Shown here one piece after another: positions 61,237 to 64,000 of a stretch of 64,000 bases of DNA. Made by a program: the position numbers and the translations under genes. Every line of letters begins with the position of its first letter. Positions within the stretch are counted from its first letter, which is position 1. Source of the DNA: Candidatus Anoxychlamydiales bacterium (GTDB lineage: Bacteria > Chlamydiota > Chlamydiia > Chlamydiales > SM23-39); NCBI GenBank assembly GCA_011065125.1, contig JAAKFI010000001.1, positions 25,964-89,963 on the forward strand, given 5' to 3'. Below the pieces are notes generated by a model. That model was not told where the DNA came from, did not search any database, and saw only the letters and a list, made by a program, of their open reading frames with translations.

Positions 61237-64000
61237 TTATTCCAGAGGTAAGAATTTTTTCTTTTTAGCTGAAAAATAAATTTTTTCAAAAACTTCATAA
61301 CTTGAAAGCGTATCATTGTTTATATATTTTCTATATGATTCACAATCTAATATTATATAACTTTTCCAATGTCTATATGGAAAATAATTTATATCTTGAA
61401 GTCTATATAATATCTCAAAATTATCAATAAATGATGGTTTTTGCAGTGCAATAATAATCGGTGCAATAATAATTGGTTCTTTATAAAATATTGTAAAAGG
61501 AGATCCTCCTAAACTAGAATAAAAGTAGGTACTCCATATTTCTGTAGAAGAATTTACAAATAAAGTTCCTGGTATAAAGGTGGTATTATTTAAAGTTGCG
61601 CTGGACCCTATTTTATTATTTCCTCTTAATGCAGTAAATATTCTAAGGGAACCACCACCATTTCTTCCAACAGTTGACGAGGAAAATATTTTAAAAGCTC
61701 CATCCCCCAAATTTGGAAAAGTTGGAAAATCATTATCTACTACTAAAGTTAAATTTCCAAAGCCATTGTTTATTATTCTACTATGATCATTTAAAATAAT
61801 ATCTTTTCCTGCTTTTATGGTTAAATCATTTGTAGTATTGTTTATTTCAGTAGTATTAGATAAAGATCCTAAAAGAGAAATATTATTTCCCGCTTCTATA
61901 TTTGTTGTTGACGCCCCAGATATAAAAGATTGATTGGCATTTGATGAAGTTATAGAAATATCATTGGAAGCTGTGATATTTAATACACCTATATTTGTTT
62001 GTACATATCCACCATCAGAAATATTTAGATTAGCATTTAAATTTATTGTTGTAGCTGCACTAGATGTATTTAATATTTCGGAAGAAAGATTATTTATTGT
62101 ATCAGCTGTTATGTTCATAATACCGTTTGTTTTTATACTACACATTTTCGAAGCTGCCCCTAACAAATTTATTGTGCTATCGGAATTTATTGTCATGGTA
62201 TCTACTCCAACAATAGTTGCAATATCATTAGTTCCGGAAAAAAGAGAAGCATTTCCATTTAATGTAAGATTAAGATCATAGCCAGATGTATTTGGAAGCC
62301 CAGTTGTTATAATAACTTGATCTCCTGCATTTGAATTCATTAAAAGCTCATCATTTACTGTTACATTGATATTACAAAGAGCCGTTGGGCTATTAGTATT
62401 TACACTTAATGTTCCTATCAATACATCTGCAACATTTCCTGAAGTTCCTGTTAAATTTCCAATCATAGATAAGTCATTTGTAGCTTCAACATTCACTGAA
62501 CTTATTTTAAAGTCAGCGGTATTTGTTGCTCCTGTTATTCGACTCATAAGACCTCCAATAAAAGCAGTAGAATTTCTAGCTCCTGCCATAGAAATAGAGT
62601 CGTTTGCTTTTACTTTTACAATTGATGTAGAATCCACTATTAAAACTTCATTGACAGGGGGAACTCCCCCTAAGGTTACATACGATCCATGAAAGCCAAT
62701 TCCTACTACATTATTAGAAACATCTCCTGCAGAAAGATTATCATTTCCTGTCATTGTAATATTATTTGCTTCAATATTGATTTCACCTTGAAAAGTTATA
62801 GATTGATTAGTCCAAGCTCCACCATGGCCTATCAATGCAAAATTATTATTAGTATTTTTGCTCTCAAGAGATAAATTTCTTGTAATTACACCCGCTATAT
62901 TAGAAGAAGCTCCTCTAATATCACCTGTTATTGTTTGGGTTGATGTAGAACCTCTTTGCCTTAGATGCCCAATTAAAGCAAAGTCATTCGAACTACTTGA
63001 ACTAGCTTGCAATATGGCATCTCTTCCGACAGAATGAATAATAATATTACCGGTATAATTTCCGTTCATAACAACCGCTCCTATGCCAATATGAGCATAG
63101 GTAGTAGCAGCTGTTCCAGCAAGCATCTTTAAGTCTCTTCCTACTGTTAATTCTATATTCGTATTCGGATTTCCTGTTTGATTCCAACCAATAATTGCAG
63201 GAGTAGAAGCCAAACTTCCTCCTTGTAAAATTAAATCTTGATTTGCATTTACAGCTATTGTTCCGCTGAATGTTCCAATTATACTTTCAACAGAACCTGT
63301 GGTGCTAAGAAGTTCAATATTATTAGTTCTTGAAAAAGCTGAAATATTTCCTGAAGTATCATTTAGAATTCTACGCTTAACATTCAGAAGATTATTAGCA
63401 TCTAAAGTTAATTGACTTGATCTTGTCGAAATATTACTTATTGCATTGATATCACCCGCAGCTCCTGTTGTTTGAAAAAGAACAGTACCTGTTAAGCCAC
63501 TTGTAAATGTTAAAGGCTCATTAATTTCAATATTATTAAAAGCAATATAGCTTGCATTCGTAGCATTTTTTACTTCATAGAAATTAGCAGTAGAGGTAAA
63601 TGTTAAAGCTCCGGCTGTTGTTTTTAGAAGTACTATATCAGAGCTCTCTATGTCTAATCCATCAGTTAATGTGAGATCACCTACTGATTCAATAGAAAAA
63701 CTTCCTGTTTGAGTGCTATTAACTAATGATGAATTACTTTCCAAAATAAAAGTTCCAGATGAATTAATATCCACAGTATCAACATCTGTTAAAGTAAATT
63801 TTCTAAGTTGAATATTCCCAATTGAAGTAGTTATATTTAAATTACTAGCATCATCAATAGTGATAGTACCATTACGAACGCTTGAAAGTCGTTCAAAAAT
63901 TATATTTCCTGTAGTAGATGTTATGTTAATTTCATCTACATTTGTCATTACAAAAGGACGCTTAAAATGAACATCATCCACAGCTTGGAGGGTTAATGTT
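61237..64000 (-). CDS. Large Ser/Thr/Asn/Gly-rich beta-helical (filamentous-haemagglutinin-like) protein, 5' end outside window
   Basis: Frame is open to base 64000; repeated I.I.A..DI.L and A.IG(H) units. Confidence 0.8.
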   Translation of the reverse strand, partial: TLTLQAVDDVHFKRPFVMTNVDEINITSTTGNIIFERLSSVRNGTITIDDASNLNITTSIGNIQLRKFTLTDVDTVDINSSGTFILESNSSLVNSTQTGSFSIESVGDLTLTDGLDIESSDIVLLKTTAGALTFTSTANFYEVKNATNASYIAFNNIEINEPLTFTSGLTGTVLFQTTGAAGDINAISNISTRSSQLTLDANNLLNVKRRILNDTSGNISAFSRTNNIELLSTTGSVESIIGTFSGTIAVNANQDLILQGGSLASTPAIIGWNQTGNPNTNIELTVGRDLKMLAGTAATTYAHIGIGAVVMNGNYTGNIIIHSVGRDAILQASSSSSNDFALIGHLRQRGSTSTQTITGDIRGASSNIAGVITRNLSLESKNTNNNFALIGHGGAWTNQSITFQGEINIEANNITMTGNDNLSAGDVSNNVVGIGFHGSYVTLGGVPPVNEVLIVDSTSIVKVKANDSISMAGARNSTAFIGGLMSRITGATNTADFKISSVNVEATNDLSMIGNLTGTSGNVADVLIGTLSVNTNSPTALCNINVTVNDELLMNSNAGDQVIITTGLPNTSGYDLNLTLNGNASLFSGTNDIATIVGVDTMTINSDSTINLLGAASKMCSIKTNGIMNITADTINNLSSEILNTSSAATTINLNANLNISDGGYVQTNIGVLNITASNDISITSSNANQSFISGASTTNIEAGNNISLLGSLSNTTEINNTTNDLTIKAGKDIILNDHSRIINNGFGNLTLVVDNDFPTFPNLGDGAFKIFSSSTVGRNGGGSLRIFTALRGNNKIGSSATLNNTTFIPGTLFVNSSTEIWSTYFYSSLGGSPFTIFYKEPIIIAPIIIALQKPSFIDNFEILYRLQDINYFPYRHWKSYIILDCESYRKYINNDTLSSYEVFEKIYFSAKKKKFLPLE

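Noticed and set aside
61580..62874. Plus-strand ORFs within the large surface-protein gene
   Set aside because: Antisense shadows of a long repetitive CDS

Overview
Very AT-rich bacterial chromosome segment from the phylum Chlamydiota. Evidence: a chlamydia-type ValS insertion and the gene order valS / CT303-like / V-ATPase K-I-D-B-A-C-E / CT311-like / tal / rpoC-rpoB-rplL-J-A-K-nusG-secE-tRNA-Trp-tuf-tRNA-Thr-infA-sufE, then HEAT-HIT-MYG1-CT387-like-DUF1207. This matches the C. trachomatis CT302-CT325 and CT384-CT389 order as I recall it. The extra genes (osmoprotectant ABC transporter, class I-alpha DAHP synthase, deoC) suggest an environmental lineage (inference). Bases 1-49.5 kb are mostly core genome with a few orphan, effector-like genes. 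The highlight is a ~10.8 kb island bounded by a tRNA(CAT) gene (49530-49603) and a 41/47-nt copy of its 3' half (60349-60395). It carries an apparently complete RiPP cluster: two paralogous Nif11/double-glycine-type precursor peptides with very short Cys-free cores (FDDVAAAQL, FDELEFKL), a radical SAM/SPASM maturase, a class I methyltransferase and the three-gene NHLP/NHLM exporter (HlyD, C39 peptidase-ABC, second ABC). The island also holds debris of a group II intron, an IS200/IS605 tnpB element and an AbiEi antitoxin, and I see no integrase. A broken MFS gene and the 3' part of a large beta-helical surface protein follow. All family calls come from recognising motifs by eye; no searches were run.
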